Position numbers and translations under genes: made by a program. Positions 48,801-62,800 of a stretch of DNA of 64,000 nt are shown piece by piece (the stretch's first letter is position 1; every line of letters begins with the position of its first letter). The DNA is from Balanoglossus misakiensis (lineage: Eukaryota > Animalia > Hemichordata), in assembly GCA_040954595.2 (NCBI GenBank), contig CM082598.2, forward strand, positions 5,967,097 through 6,031,096, written 5' to 3'. The notes under the pieces are model-generated. The model worked only from the letters and a program-made list of their open reading frames with translations, did no database searches and was not told where the DNA came from.

Positions 48801-51800
48801 ATAGGCTTGGCACCCAGCATGCAACAAACACAGCAACAATCAAGTAGTAGTCTGCTGGCTGATGACAGGAGATTTTTTGATATTCTGAATCAATAAACTC
48901 ATACAGGAAACTGACTATAATGAACAGGAGACTGTTCATGCCTTCATTACCATTGTAACTTCTATGTACTAACTGAAACCCAGATGCCCAAGGAAATGTC
49001 AGAAATTTCTCAAGGTATCCTGGAATTTTCAAATATTCCACACAGTCAAGTGTTGGGGATTTGTAATATTTATCATTCTCATCAGTATTTACTGTCTACA
49101 GACACATCCATTCCAAAGCTATCACATAATTTTTAAAATTAATCGTTGTGAAACAGTTCCTAGTTCGATATTGCGAAAATTTCCTTCCGCGAAAATGTCC
49201 AGTTGTACAGTATGCAGCTGTATTTTTTCCTGCCTGATACCCCTTTGCTGGGAATTGTGATGTACCTAGGATCTCCCTTGAATGGTGATTGGGTATAACA
49301 TTATAGTGATGGCAAGGCTAATTTGAATTCAAAATGGTACCCATCCTTAATCACACATATGTATCCTTTAACCAGTCATTGGAAAAACAAAGTCTGTGAT
49401 TGACTTCAAGGAGACGCTAGACGTTTTTGGAGGCAAAGCAGACAAAATACAGCTATATACTAGACTAATATTTCATTAATGCCTGATCATTAAACTTGAG
49501 AATGTATCTCTAAAGTTGCTCTCTATCGCTCCCTCAGGGAAGAGAGCAATAGACAGAACTTTGATTGACAGAACTTCCAGTTGTGTACTTATCATTTGTA
49601 TTCCCCAATCACAGACTTTGTGTTATTGGTCATTTATCTGTCCAATTCTGATACTCTTTTGTTCAGTTGAGCATTACACCAAAGAAGTCACACTATAACA
49701 GTGACAATAAAACACTTGCAAAAACATGGATTGCTCAGGTCAGCCTATCTGGTTACAGATTACCTGTGAACCAACTAATCCAGTTATAATGAATGTGTTT
49801 CGTTATATACAGAGAATTGTAGGTTGTATGAGACGTGTTAATATTACACTCTAGCATGGGGCAATGTTCCTACGTGTATATTTATCATGTGAAAGCCACC
49901 AAGTCACCACCTCTTGATGTTCATTTTTTATTTTTTTGTTGTTGAATAATTTGTTATGATCTGATTGCTGGAAATTGAATTAAAGCTGAACCTACAGCAT
50001 ATGTGGGGACAAAACATGTTTACACTTCCATGTAGTTATTTCTGTTACAGCCAAACAATTAAATAACACAATTATAACAAAATTAACGAAACTCACCCCA
50101 GGGCTATCACTAATTTGAAGGGATGCTGATCCAGAGTTAATGTTTCATTTGGGAGTCTAACAGTGTTTTGAAATGTCACATTGTAATTTGAAAGTTTAGG
50201 CTTGGGTAGTGACAATGTCATTACATTGTTGTGTACAAAATTTGAATGGAGCTCTATGAAAAGAGAAAAGTGGTGTGTGGAAAAAATCAGTCTCTGTGCT
50301 AATATCAAGTGCCTTCATTCGACTCTCAAGGAAAGTTTGGTAAAACAATTAACTTTTTCTGTGTCAGCATTATTGGGAAAGATTAAGCCCACACATGTAT
50401 TCAATTTAGATAAAAATGGAAAATTACCATCAGCCTATTTTCTTAGCACTCTCACCTTTCGCCCAATTCCCTGTGTAGACATCCAATTTTCCAACAGGAA
50501 ACAATGGATTTGAACCGAACCATTTGTTCACTTGAACATATATGTAATATCTGTATGAATGTAACACCTGTATTCTTTGCAGTCATCATTTAATCATTTA
50601 TTCATGAGAACACCTTTCTAGTAGTGATAGAACTTACATTCTATTTGTTGATCTCAATTATATGCAAACCACCAGGATGTTTCATTTGACTAATGAACTC
50701 AAGTAATGCGCCACCATAGTGTAGATTGCTGATATAAAAGGACCCCATGCATATACTTAGTCAGTTCACCTCTATATCCAGACCGGCCACATGTATGAAC
50801 TGAAGATGTCTATGTTCAATTTCAGGTTAGTTTTCCTTGTACTTTACCTGTAGCTTGAAGCTTTTTATATTGGTGCATTCTACTGGCTCATTTCAGCACA
50901 AGAAATTGGTGTCTGAACTTGCATCAAGTCTTCAATTGTACTTCTGTATTTTTCACTTGCATGAATTTTTGTGTATTCTGCTGTAGGTGAACTCCCATAC
51001 ATGTGTGTAATTTAGCAGTTCACCTGTGTAGCCAGACCGGCCACACATATGAACTGATGATGTCCCTCTTCAATTTCAGTTAAGAAATGTTATAGGCCTA
51101 TGTCTTGTGAAACCTTTAAACCATTTTGGTGTGTTTTGTAGTGAACGGCGACACCCGTGACAAGTATGTTAGAATCAAACTATTAGATGAATGTGAAGAA
51201 ATACAGTCTGTTATAAGGAAGTGACTGGAGTGAAGGAGACCTCGTACGACGAAAAGTACTTTAATAGACTCAAAATGCACTCAAATTACAATCGAGATAT
51301 AATGCATTTATATATGCTTAAAAAGGTAAATTAATGAATGGTGTCAACAAAATAAACGTTCATGATACGTTTAGAACATTTTCTCGTCCAGCTAGGGGGT
51401 TCAACGTCATAAAGAAAGTTCACTATTCAAATGCAAATAAAGTCATTAAAGAGTCCTCATCTCTTCTATCCAGTGACCATAGTTGCCAAACGATTAAAAT
51501 CACATGTTTTTAATATCAATATTCACATACACTGCTTTTTACTTTTCTTGAATTTCCTAACATTTTTTTATTTTAACAAAAACATGAGCCTTTCATGACC
51601 ACTTATTGACTTTCGAAAATATTTCATGTAATCAGCCATTCATTTTATGTGTGTGTGAAGAATGACCCCCTGAGGCTGTTGAATCATGTATAGTGCTGAA
51701 GGGGAGGGGGGACACCATTCCTCAATTTTTTTCCATTTTGCCTCAGATGCTAAGTTGGTATTTTCCACATATTGCTTTTTGTACTGAGAATTACTCAGTT

Positions 51801-52229
51801 CTTAAGAAGAGCTTTTGACTAACATTTCATTGTACTTACAAGACTGCCAGAGTATGTAAATATTATATGCAGCATTAGGAAGGAATATCTTTAATATTTT
51901 TATTTCAACAATTTTCCTATCATGATAAATAAGTAGACAGATATATCATATTAGGATTATTGCATACTTAAAATAAATATTCTGATAAAATGAGTGCTTT
52001 TGTTTGTCTCTTTGATTTCAGGTAAGGATCAGTATTTGTTGTTGCTTTTCCAGCACAGATTCCAATCAGAAGGCAATTGTGATGACCAGTATGTTCTGTC
52101 TGATTGAAGTTTGAGTTTTCTTAGGACCTGAATATCGCTCCAACAAATTGTCTGCTTTCAGATGTGGAGTTAAACGCTGTTGATAGTTTTGGCTATTCTG
52201 TTCTCTCACTTTGACTGTTCTGTTCTCTG

Positions 52230-52840
52230 TTTTTGTCTGTTCTTGTACACATTAGCTGGAAACTACTGGTCAGATTTCTTTGAAAATTGGTATGCATATA
52301 TCTTCTGCCAACATCACAGAGCTCTATAAGTTTTGACCTTATATCGTGAATTTTCTACTTTTTATGACTTTTGTCATTTTTTCCACATCTTCTATGAAAG
52401 TGATTGGCCGATTTCTCTAAAAAAAATCAGTATAAAGCTTCCTAAAGGTGATCTTTGTTTGTTTTTTTCAAATTGTTGCTAAGGTTTGCGTATTTGTAAT
52501 TATGGGCCAAATTTTGCAATTTTTGGTCAAAAATCGTTTTCTCGGAAATCGCTTGTCAGATTGCTTTGAAAATTGGTAGGCATGTTTTCAGGGTTAAGCA
52601 ATTGTGAGTTGTCTTAAAATTTTGCTGAAATGTGCATATTTATGTTCTTGAGGTAGGGCCTAACTGTTGCAATTTTTCGTCAGAAGTTTTTGTCCTTGAA
52701 ACCACTTGTTAGATTGCTTTGAACTTCGGTAAGCATGTTCCTTATACTGATTGATGCAATTTTGGTGATGTTTAAATATTTGAGTTTGGCAGTTTTGGGA
52801 CAGTTTTTTGAAATTAGGTCATATCAGCTCGTGTGGTATT
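52230..52840 (+). repeat. Interspersed repeat with degenerate internal units (family related to 7200-7800 and 55850-56400)
   Basis: Recurrent gattgctttgaaa(a)ttggtaggcatgtt and tttttggtcaaaaat motifs. Confidence 0.55.
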
Positions 52841-55800
52841 AGGTCAATAACAAAAAATTAAGTCCAAACGTTGGCCACGCATCCTACTTAGAGCACAAGT
52901 ATGAAAATACGACCACTTTGTGTTACGTTACCTGCTTACATTAAGAAGTAACAAAGCCCACGAGTTAGGTTTTTAGAAAATTGGATCAAATTCATGATAA
53001 GTTGAATTGAATCAACGTTTATTCCAGCTGGTAGCACTTTATCGACCACAAAGTTGTTTTGTTAGATGGGTAAAATTTAAGACCACTCGACCAATGCAGT
53101 TGTCAAAATCGACGAAACAAATCGAGAAAATGGCAATTTGCGCTGTCGACATATTTCTTCTCCTGCCTCGAATTATCAATCCCATGAACCCCCCTCCCCC
53201 CCGAAAAAAATATATATCAATCAGGGATCATCACATAACTCGACTATGAATCGGACATGAAATCAAACTCGACGATGGAAAAGCAGCCGATTCCGAGATA
53301 AACGCATCCCGATAGGATGAGAACTCCGCCATGTGACTTCATCTAATTTCTCTGCAAACATGGGTGGGTTGTACGTTGGTAATGTGTTTACAAAGCAAAG
53401 TTAAGACATAAGTCCGAACATGACCGTGGTCCGAAGCTTGGACACTCTTATCAAACAGAGCAGTACAGTGTGTGGAGACACACCACCGGCCCTGCCACAC
53501 TGAGCTGCAATATGCTCTTGGCTCGTAGCCGTCCCAGTCGGTAACAAGTCGTTACGGCACTTATTCTTATCGGTTCGGCCTTTAATGTACGCGACCCCGG
53601 CCGTTTAGGCCTAGCCGCAAACCGATTCTTCAATTTGCAGTTCAGTAAAGTTGGCGAACGGGATAGTCTGTTAACGGAAAACGCAGGCCAATGCACAGTG
53701 CTGGCGAACGGGACAAAAGGACGCAATAAAAGCGAGTGTGCTGTCAGATCAGTGGGACAACACGAATACATAACGTGTGGAAGGGCTAGGCCTAATATTC
53801 TCCCGAGAAAGTTCAATTCGTGTTCTGTCGATGTGAAATTGCGTTCATTTAATGCTTTTTGTAATAACATTTATGACTCTCATTTATGGTGCGATTTTAA
53901 TTTGTATAATATCCGGAATATCATCGTATGTCACAATAATTCACTTGGAAGACTTCTTGGTCACCCCGGACACGAAAGTGCCTCTAAAATATTTGTTCTA
54001 AACGCCGTAAACTGCTTCTCCGTCATGAGAAGAAAAGTCGCTTTTAATTTTTCTGTTCGTCTCTGTACTAGTCCCATTGTTTTGATCAATCGTCTTGTCT
54101 CATGAGATATGCGCTTTTATGGACTACATGCCCACTGGATTGACATTTTACATTGATTCTTAAAACTATTATATTTTTACATTTATTTTATTTATTACTT
54201 TTCTAGTGTTTTTGTCAGTTTGTGTAACCTATTTCTATGGACGGTTGTGTCTGAAATAAAGATAAATAATAATCATAATAATAATAAAATAATAATTACG
54301 ATCCCGAGATTACGATAAGCATAGGGACATTATAACGAGCCAACGTGAAACTGACATGGAAACGATCGACAGTACGGTAGAGCACAGTGACTGTTGGTAG
54401 AGCGAGCGTGTTGCTGTGCGGGAGGCATTTACCATGTTTGTTTACAACACACACCGACATGACCTGTGGCCGCAGTTGCAGCCTCCTAAGCGACCTAACC
54501 CAAGCAGTTTACGATCTCGGGTATCGTGGTCTGACTGACCAAAATGACACAGAAAGAGAAACACATTAGGAAGTATTATAGCTCTGTTTCCTCGAAGTCG
54601 AATAAGTGTTCACAACACAAGGCACATCAAACCCGTTGCTCAGACATCGGAAGTTTGCAGTTCGCTTGCCTGGTTTGAAATGCGTGGCTGTGGTAGAAAT
54701 TACCCACTGCGCCCCCCCCCCCCCCCGATTTTATTGTGTAGACAATGATGCACTCACACTCAAGAAGCAAATGAGATATTCTTTCGATTGCGATCATGTT
54801 CCAGAGCGTTCTAAAGAAATAAAATATGCAGCTGTAGCATGTATGCATATTCATAAGTGTGTCGTAATGCTAACTTTGGTATGTGATTGGGTAACAGGTC
54901 CTACTCACCATAACAACAGGTGATCATTGACCCGTTTCCGGTGTGCGACGCCGGGTTTCGACCACTTTCCTTCTACTTGCCGCGGGATCAAGACGTCTTT
55001 TCGGTAGGCTCATAATTCAGTCATTGCTTTCAGTAAAATCGCCTATATAGCTACGTTACTGTCGCCCGATTGTTTTGTCTGGTATTGGGTGATTTGCAGC
55101 TATCCGTACAACACCTTGTAGTTGAACAGAAGTAGGTCTAATTCCAGAAACAATTCCGAGCTACGGGCGTGCAGCTAGCCATGCCTCTCGGCTATTCTGG
55201 GTATGGCTGCGCTGGCTCCCGAATCAGGAGACCAGGAAGTCATAATCGAGAAAGTCTAGTCATTTTATAGGGTTATATTTTGTGAGAATGTTATTGCTAG
55301 GGCTCTTGCCTAAGCGCACGTAGGGCCGGTTTGTGATATTGAAATAATGGCAGCGCTGCAGAATTTTTAGTGTCAAAATAGTCGACCATACTGTCGAACG
55401 GTTGTGCCAAAATGGCACGTCTGTGTGGCGACATAAGGTACGGGTAGAGAAGGTTTTTCTCCGGAAAGTCTCTTTGCTGGTGGACGGAACGATAGTTCCA
55501 TACGTATAGTCTTTGTTTAGCGGAAGGTCGGAAGACCACGGTATCTTTCCATACATAATTCATTACGTACTGTGAGGTTTTTATATGAGACAACTCGGTG
55601 TTTGCAAGTTTTTTTTTTTAATTTTACGGTTTAAACGTGGTTGGTGTATTTTCGCTTTTCTGTTTGTTTGTTTTTTTCGTAACCTTTTTACTGTTTACAT
55701 GTGGTTGGCGTATTTTCGCTTTTCTGGTGAGATTTCCACCTCTCCATTGGCATACTTAAAAAATTATCCTAATTTGTATTGGGAAAACCGATAAAACCAA

Positions 55801-56804
55801 AACCACAAATAAAGAAAATGTCTTAAACATTTTAACTCAGGCATTGTAATCTGTTTGTTGGTGATACCCCTTTTAGCTTTGAGAGATAACCAATTTGATG
55901 TTTTAGTAAAGCCAATTTTTTGACCAGGGTGACAAGCATTTTTTCTCCAAGAGTCGTGTTGCTTTGAAGCATACTTTTGTATGTGTGGTCCCAGTTGATG
56001 AAAACCTGGTTGATGAAAAATGTGCATATTTATAATTTTGTAGCAATTTTTGCCATTTTTGGTCAAAAATTGTTTTCTCTAAAACCGCTTGTGAGATTGC
56101 TTTCAAATTTTGTAGGCATGTTCCTTGGGGATAATTAAATGAGATATTTACAAAAATACTTGAAATTTACATATTTGCGTTTTGTGAGTGAAAGTTGTGG
56201 AATTTTTCATCAAAAATTATTTTCTTTCAAACTGCATGTCAGATTGCCTTGAGCTTTGGTAGGCATCTTCCCTGAAGCGATTGAAGTAAGATATTATACA
56301 ATTTTGGAGAAAATACTGATTTTTCTGAAACTGCATATGGGATTGCTTTGAAATTTGATAGGAATATTCCAAAGGGTAACCTGAGTTTTGTCTGACTGTG
56401 TCGATTACCATATACTGAGACTCACTAAGTACACTATATGTTTAAATTACTAGGGAGTTTAGAATCCAATATGGCCGCCATACGAAGTGGGACATTTTGT
56501 GTAATTTGATTGATTTCTAAACTTGTCATATTTTAATTTCTCGATCTTGCAAATAAAAATAAAATGCCAAAAACTGAGTAACTTTCGTTTCTTCCCGCTT
56601 GTTAACGTCATATGTTGGTGTTGCCCATTAAAGTCTTTTTCCTCCCACTGGGAAAGTGGCTAGAGTCAATCAGTGCATAATGGCAGCATTACATGGCACT
56701 GAACAAATGGCAGGGGTGTTTACATCTCTTTATTTTTTTCACTTAAACCATTATAAATCTCTAACAGTATATGATAATATTGTGTATGCAACTTGGAGAT
56801 GTGT

Positions 56805-59800
56805 TTCACTTCAGAGTTGGAATTTTTTTTAGTAAAGTCTGGGAAGTGACATGTCTTCAAAGTAACTGATGTTATCTGCTAAGAGCTGAATGCCCATGGG
56901 TGTTCTTTCCTAGATTTTATATTTTCTTAACATTTCATAGACCTGTGTATAATTATAATTTCAGTTATATATTCTAATTTGAGTTTAGGTAGAGTATGCA
57001 TGAAATTAAAGTAATTATTCTGTAATTACCCAACCAAATATGTTGTCTAACTAATGGATATTTTGATTGTGAATTTGCACAGGCAACATTATTGAAGTAG
57101 CATTAAGAGTAGTTGATAATATTGCAGAGCTTCTAACTGGAAAGAAGAGCTTAGTAAATTTATCAGCTCATAATATTCCTTTAACCAATGAACTTTATAT
57201 GAACTTGCACACCTGCGTTTAAGATACAGGGATTAATGTTCAGGAAACCTTACCAGCTCTAGTACATTTATTTGAGCCAGAAATTGAATTACCAAAAAAA
57301 ATCAGTAATTTCATAAAGACACAGTCAGAAAAGAAATAGAGAAAGCCAGCAAGGAAGGGAGAAAAGTGGAATACATGAAAGACACAGTGTGCTTAAAATA
57401 CGTGTGTGCAGTAAAACTGTATGGTGCAACGGCGTCCATTTTTATGATTTATAGCCAGCCAGTCTTTCCATGCATATCATACCAAAATTTAATATGAAAT
57501 TCTTGTTAATGTTAATAGTCTACAAGGATAATACAGGTAACATGTAGAAATTAAACTATCCAACTTTCTCCACTTTTGATATCCGCTCGACACAGGCAAG
57601 CAAAAGGGCCGATCTGAGACTTTGATTTGAATGATGGCAATTTTTGCTGTCCAGAAGTAACTGTATAAAAAAATTTTGGTAGTAATATAAGCTTTATGAT
57701 TGCTAAAATACACAAGAATTTAAATATTTCCACTTACTTCAGTGATTGAACTGATTTTCAGCAAATTGCAGTGTATAAACAAATATTGCCATCTAATGAA
57801 ATGTCAACCCAATATGGCCGCCCATTTGCAATGGTAAAATGCTAGGTTTACCATATTTGAGCGCCTGGGAATTTAAATTATAATCCAGATATCAAAAACA
57901 TAAGTCACTATCTGTATCTGCACATATATTGTTATATAATCTGAAAATTTCGTGAAAATTAGATCAAACATGATTGAGACACGGAACATCAAACATTGCA
58001 AATTTTCATATTTTACCATGGTGCCATGCAAAAATATAGAGATTTTTTTTTACAAGTTTAGATGATCTCCTGTAAAACTGAAAGAAGTAATCTTCTGTGA
58101 ATCTTGCATTTTTATGTTGGAACCATGCTAACCACTTTGGTCCCTCCAATGCTGCTTTTAGTAAATGTTTTAATTGTCTTCTTCATGGCGGCCATATTGA
58201 ATTTTCGGATAACCTTTAAAAGTTGACATTTTTTTCTAAAACTACAGGGCCAATCAAGTTCTAATTTACTGTGCGGTTCAATGTTTGACAATAATATCAT
58301 TAGTGGTCATGTGGCTTTGGATTTTTGAAAAATATCATAAAAAAATTTCAAAAATCTATTTCTAATCAAGTTTTCAAGTAAATTGTGATAAGGTAAACCT
58401 TATTAGAGCCAAATTGGATTTTCTGATCTCCGATAAAAGACTAAAATTTCCTATTTCTAGCCTGCTCATTGAAACCACACAAATTCTTTTTATGGATATG
58501 AGTCACCATATGACCAGAATATGTCACAAGTATTAGAATACTTTCACATGTTCTTTGATCAAGTTTTTACAGAACTTGATTAAACAATTTGTTTGCGACT
58601 CTTGCATGTCCTTTGATCCAGTAATTCCAGAACTTATTTTATGTGGATATGCCTCTTGTTAAAAAGCACAACAGTCATGATTTTGTTCACATGAGTACTA
58701 CTGCTGCCAGGACATAACCCAAATCTTTTGATAATTTTGGCAATGACCTTTGATCTACTATCCCATGCCTTGGAATGTACAGCAGATACAGCCTTCAAAT
58801 TTGTTGGACTGGAACACCTAATGAAGTATTAAACTTTAACACAATAATTTTGTACATAAGCTATTTCAAGTAAACAAATAGAGCTTAGAAGTCTGGTTTT
58901 TGTTGGACAATAATTTTGTACATAAGCTATTTCAAGTAAACAAATAGAGCTTAGAAGTCTGGTTTGTGTTGGACACTGATCAGTTTAAGATCAAAAATTT
59001 GTGTCACAATTTTGCGTGACCTCTGGCTTACTTTAACATTTCTTGGCATCCACAACAAAACAGCCTTTGCTTTCTGTTGGAACCATGCTAACCGCTTGGG
59101 CCCGTCCCATTTCTTCTTAATGGCGGCCATATTGGATATTCTGATAACCCTTAAAAATTTACATCTTTTCAACAACTACAAGGCAAATCAAGTTCAAATT
59201 TACTGTGCGGTTCAATGTTTGACAATAGTATCATTAGTGGTCATGTCACCTTGGTTGTCATATTGGATTTTTGAAAAATCTCATGAAAAATTTCACAAAT
59301 CTTTTTCTAATCAAGTTTTCAAGTGAATTGTAATTGGTTTAACCTCATTAAAGCCAAATCAGATTTTCTAAACACACAATTGAAAAAAAATCCTATTTCT
59401 AGCCTACACAAATCCTTTAAATAGATACGAGTCACCATATGACCAGATTATGTTACAATTGTTGGGCAACTTTCCAATGTCCTTTGATCCATTTTTTCCA
59501 GAACTTAATTGTATGTTGTTTTGCTTCTTGTTAAAAGGCACAACAGTCATGATTTTGTTCACATGAGTACTACTGCTGCCAGGACATAACCCAAATCTTT
59601 TGATAATTTTGGCAATGACCTTTGATCTACTATCCCATGCCTTGGCATGTACAGCAGATACAGCCTTCAAATTTGGTGGACTGGAACACCTAATGAAGTA
59701 TTAAACTTTCACACATAATTATGTACATAAGCTATTTCAAATTAACCAAAATAGCTTAGAAGTCTATTTTCTGTTGGACACAGCTCAGTTTGATATCAAA

Positions 59801-62800
59801 ATTTGTTGGCCCAAATTTGCATGACCTCTGGCTTACTTACCATTTCTCAGCATCCATAACGGATACAGCCTTTGCTTTCTGTTGGAACCATGCTAACCAC
59901 TTTGGTCCCTCCAATGCTGCTTTTAGTAAATGTTTTAATTGTCTTCTTCATGGCGGCCATATTGAATTTTCGGATAACCTTTAAAAGTTGACATTTTTTT
60001 CTAAAACTACAGGGCCAATCAAGTTCTAATTTACTGTGCGGTTCAATGTTTGACAATAATATCATTAGTGGTCATGTGGCTTTGGATTTTTGAAAAATAT
60101 CATAAAAAAATTTCAAAAATCTATTTCTAATCAAGTTTTCAAGTAAATTGTGATAAGGTAAACCTTATTAGAGCCAAATTGGATTTTCTGATCTCCGATA
60201 AAAGACTAAAATTTCCTATTTCTAGCCTGCTCATTGAAACCACACAAATTCTTTTTATGGATATGAGTCACCATATGACCAGAATATGTCACAAGTATTA
60301 GAATACTTTCACATGTTCTTTGATCAAGTTTTTACAGAACTTGATTAAACAATTTGTTTGCGACTCTCGCATGTCCTTTGATCCAGTAATTCCAGAACTT
60401 ATTTTATGTGGATATGCCTCTTGTTAAAAAGCACAACAGTCATGATTTTGTTCACATGAGTACTACTGCTGCCAGGACATAACCCAAATCTTTTGATAAT
60501 TTTGGCAATGACCTTTGATCTACTATCCCATGCCTTGGAATGTACAGCAGATACAGCCTTCAAATTTGTTGGACTGGAACACCTAATGAAGTATTAAACT
60601 TTAACACAATAATTTTGTACATAAGCTATTTCAAGTAAACAAATAGAGCTTAGAAGTCTGGTTTTTGTTGGACAATAATTTTGTACATAAGCTATTTCAA
60701 GTAAACAAATAGAGCTTAGAAGTCTGGTTTGTGTTGGACACTGATCAGTTTAAGATCAAAAATTTGTGTCACAATTTTGCGTGACCTCTGGCTTACTTTA
60801 ACATTTCTTGGCATCCACAACAAAACAGCCTTTGCTTTCTGTTGGAACCATGCTAACCGCTTGGGCCCGTCCCATTTCTTCTTAATGGCGGCCATATTGG
60901 ATATTCTGATAACCCTTAAAAATTTACATCTTTTCAACAACTACAAGGCAAATCAAGTTCAAATTTACTGTGCGGTTCAATGTTTGACAATAGTATCATT
61001 AGTGGTCATGTCACCTTGGTTGTCATATTGGATTTTTGAAAAATCTCATGAAAAATTTCACAAATCTTTTTCTAATCAAGTTTTCAAGTGAATTGTAATT
61101 GGTTTAACCTCATTAAAGCCAAATCAGATTTTCTAAACACACAATTGAAAAAAAATCCTATTTCTAGCCTACACAAATCCTTTAAATAGATACGAGTCAC
61201 CATATGACCAGATTATGTTACAATTGTTGGGCAACTTTCCAATGTCCTTTGATCCATTTTTTTCCAGAACTTAATTGTATGTTGTTTTGCTTCTTGTTAA
61301 AAGGCACAACAGTCATGATTTTGTTCACATGAGTACTACTGCTGCCAGGACATAACCCAAATCTTTTGATAATTTTGGCAATGACCTTTGATCTACTATC
61401 CCATGCCTTGGCATGTACAGCAGATACAGCCTTCAAATTTGGTGGACTGGAACACCTAATGAAGTATTAAACTTTAACACAATAATTTTGTACATAAGCT
61501 ATTTCAAGTAAACAAATAGAGCTTAGAAGTCTGTTTTCTGTTGGACACAGCTCAGTTTGATATCAAAATTTGTTAGCACAAATTTGCGTGACCTCTCGCT
61601 TACTTACCATTTCTCAGCATCCATAACAGATACAGCCTTTGCTTTCTCTTGGAACCATGCTAACCGCTTGGGCCCGTCCCATTTCTTCTTAATGGCGGCC
61701 ATATTGGATATTCTGATAACCCTTAAAAATTGACATCTTTTCAACAACTACAAGGCAAATCAAGTTCTTATTTACTGTGCGGTTCAATGTTTGACAATAA
61801 TATCATTAGTTGTCATGTCACCTTGGTTGTCATATTGGATTTTTGAAAAATTTCATGAAAAATTTCACAAATCTTTTTCTAATCACATTTTCAAGTGAAT
61901 TGTGATTGGTTTAACCTAATTAAAGCCAAATCAGATTTTCTAAACACACAATTTAAAAAAAATCCTATTTCTAGTCTACACAAATCCTTTAAATAGATAC
62001 GAGTCACCATATGACCAGATTATGTTACAATTTTTGGGCAACTTTCGAATGTCCTTTGATCCTTTTTTTCCATAACTTAATTGTACGTGGATATGCTTCT
62101 TGTTAAAAAGCTTAACAGTCATGATTTTGTTCACATGAGTACTACCAATAGAGCTTAGAAGTCTGGTTTTTTGTTGGACACTGATCAGTTTGATATCAAA
62201 TTTTGTTAGCACAATTTTGCATGACCTCTGGCTTACTTTACTATTTCTTGGCATCTACAACAGAAACAGCCTTTGCTTTCTTTTGGAACCATGCTTACCA
62301 CATTGGTCCTTCCAATGCAGCATGTTGCTTTAATTGTCTTCTTCATGGTTGCCATATTGGATTTTTTGGAGATGCGTTTAACGTCAGAGTTGGAAGTTTT
62401 GTTTAGTAAAGTCTGGGAAGTGACATGTCTTCAAAGTGACTGATGTTATCTGCTAAGAGCTGAATGCCCATGGGTGTTCTTTCCTAGATTTTACATTTTC
62501 TTAGCACTTTATAGACCTGTGTATAACTATAATTTTAGTAATATATTCTAATTTGAGTTTAGGTAGAGTATGCATGGAATTAAAGTAATTATTCTGTAAT
62601 TACGCAACCAAATATGTTGTCTAACTAATGGATATTTTGATTGTCAATTTGCACAGGCAACATTATTGAAGTAGCATTGAGAGTAGTTGATAATATAGCA
62701 GAGCTTCTAACTGGAAAGAAGAGCTTAGTAAATTTATCAGCTCATAATATTCCTTTAACCAATGAACTTTATATGAATTTGCACACCTTCGTTAAAGATA

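Larger units (their letters stand above)
22156..48896 (+). pseudogene. MED25: Unprocessed MED25 (Mediator subunit 25) pseudogene; exons at about 22156-22254, 25204-25324, 25765-25918, 26456-26650, 27346-27592, 28027-28210, 28891-29038, 29540-29703, 31465-31572, 47171-47401, 48609-48896
   Basis: vWA exons GAGEKYSMISEGLSTALHL, KHCILICNSPPYPLP, RGVHSSIISPRK...DPHHMILLKG; ACID exons KSVVWHGALVWQE and NSRTVEFQF...LFRIMSGGF; Q-rich exons with NIQALQKNLEMAQ and a LGHLLL NR-box-like motif. Disablements: AA instead of AG at 22154-55, in-frame TAA 26482-84, TAG 47350-52, frameshifts, and several exons not found. Confidence 0.88.

Noticed and set aside
53451-54105. Overlapping 139-aa and 156-aa ORFs on opposite strands
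   Set aside because: No recognisable motifs or supporting splice structure; likely chance ORFs in a GC-richer patch.
58951-62254. Repeated 70-120-aa ORFs
   Set aside because: They recur only because of the tandem array and look non-coding.
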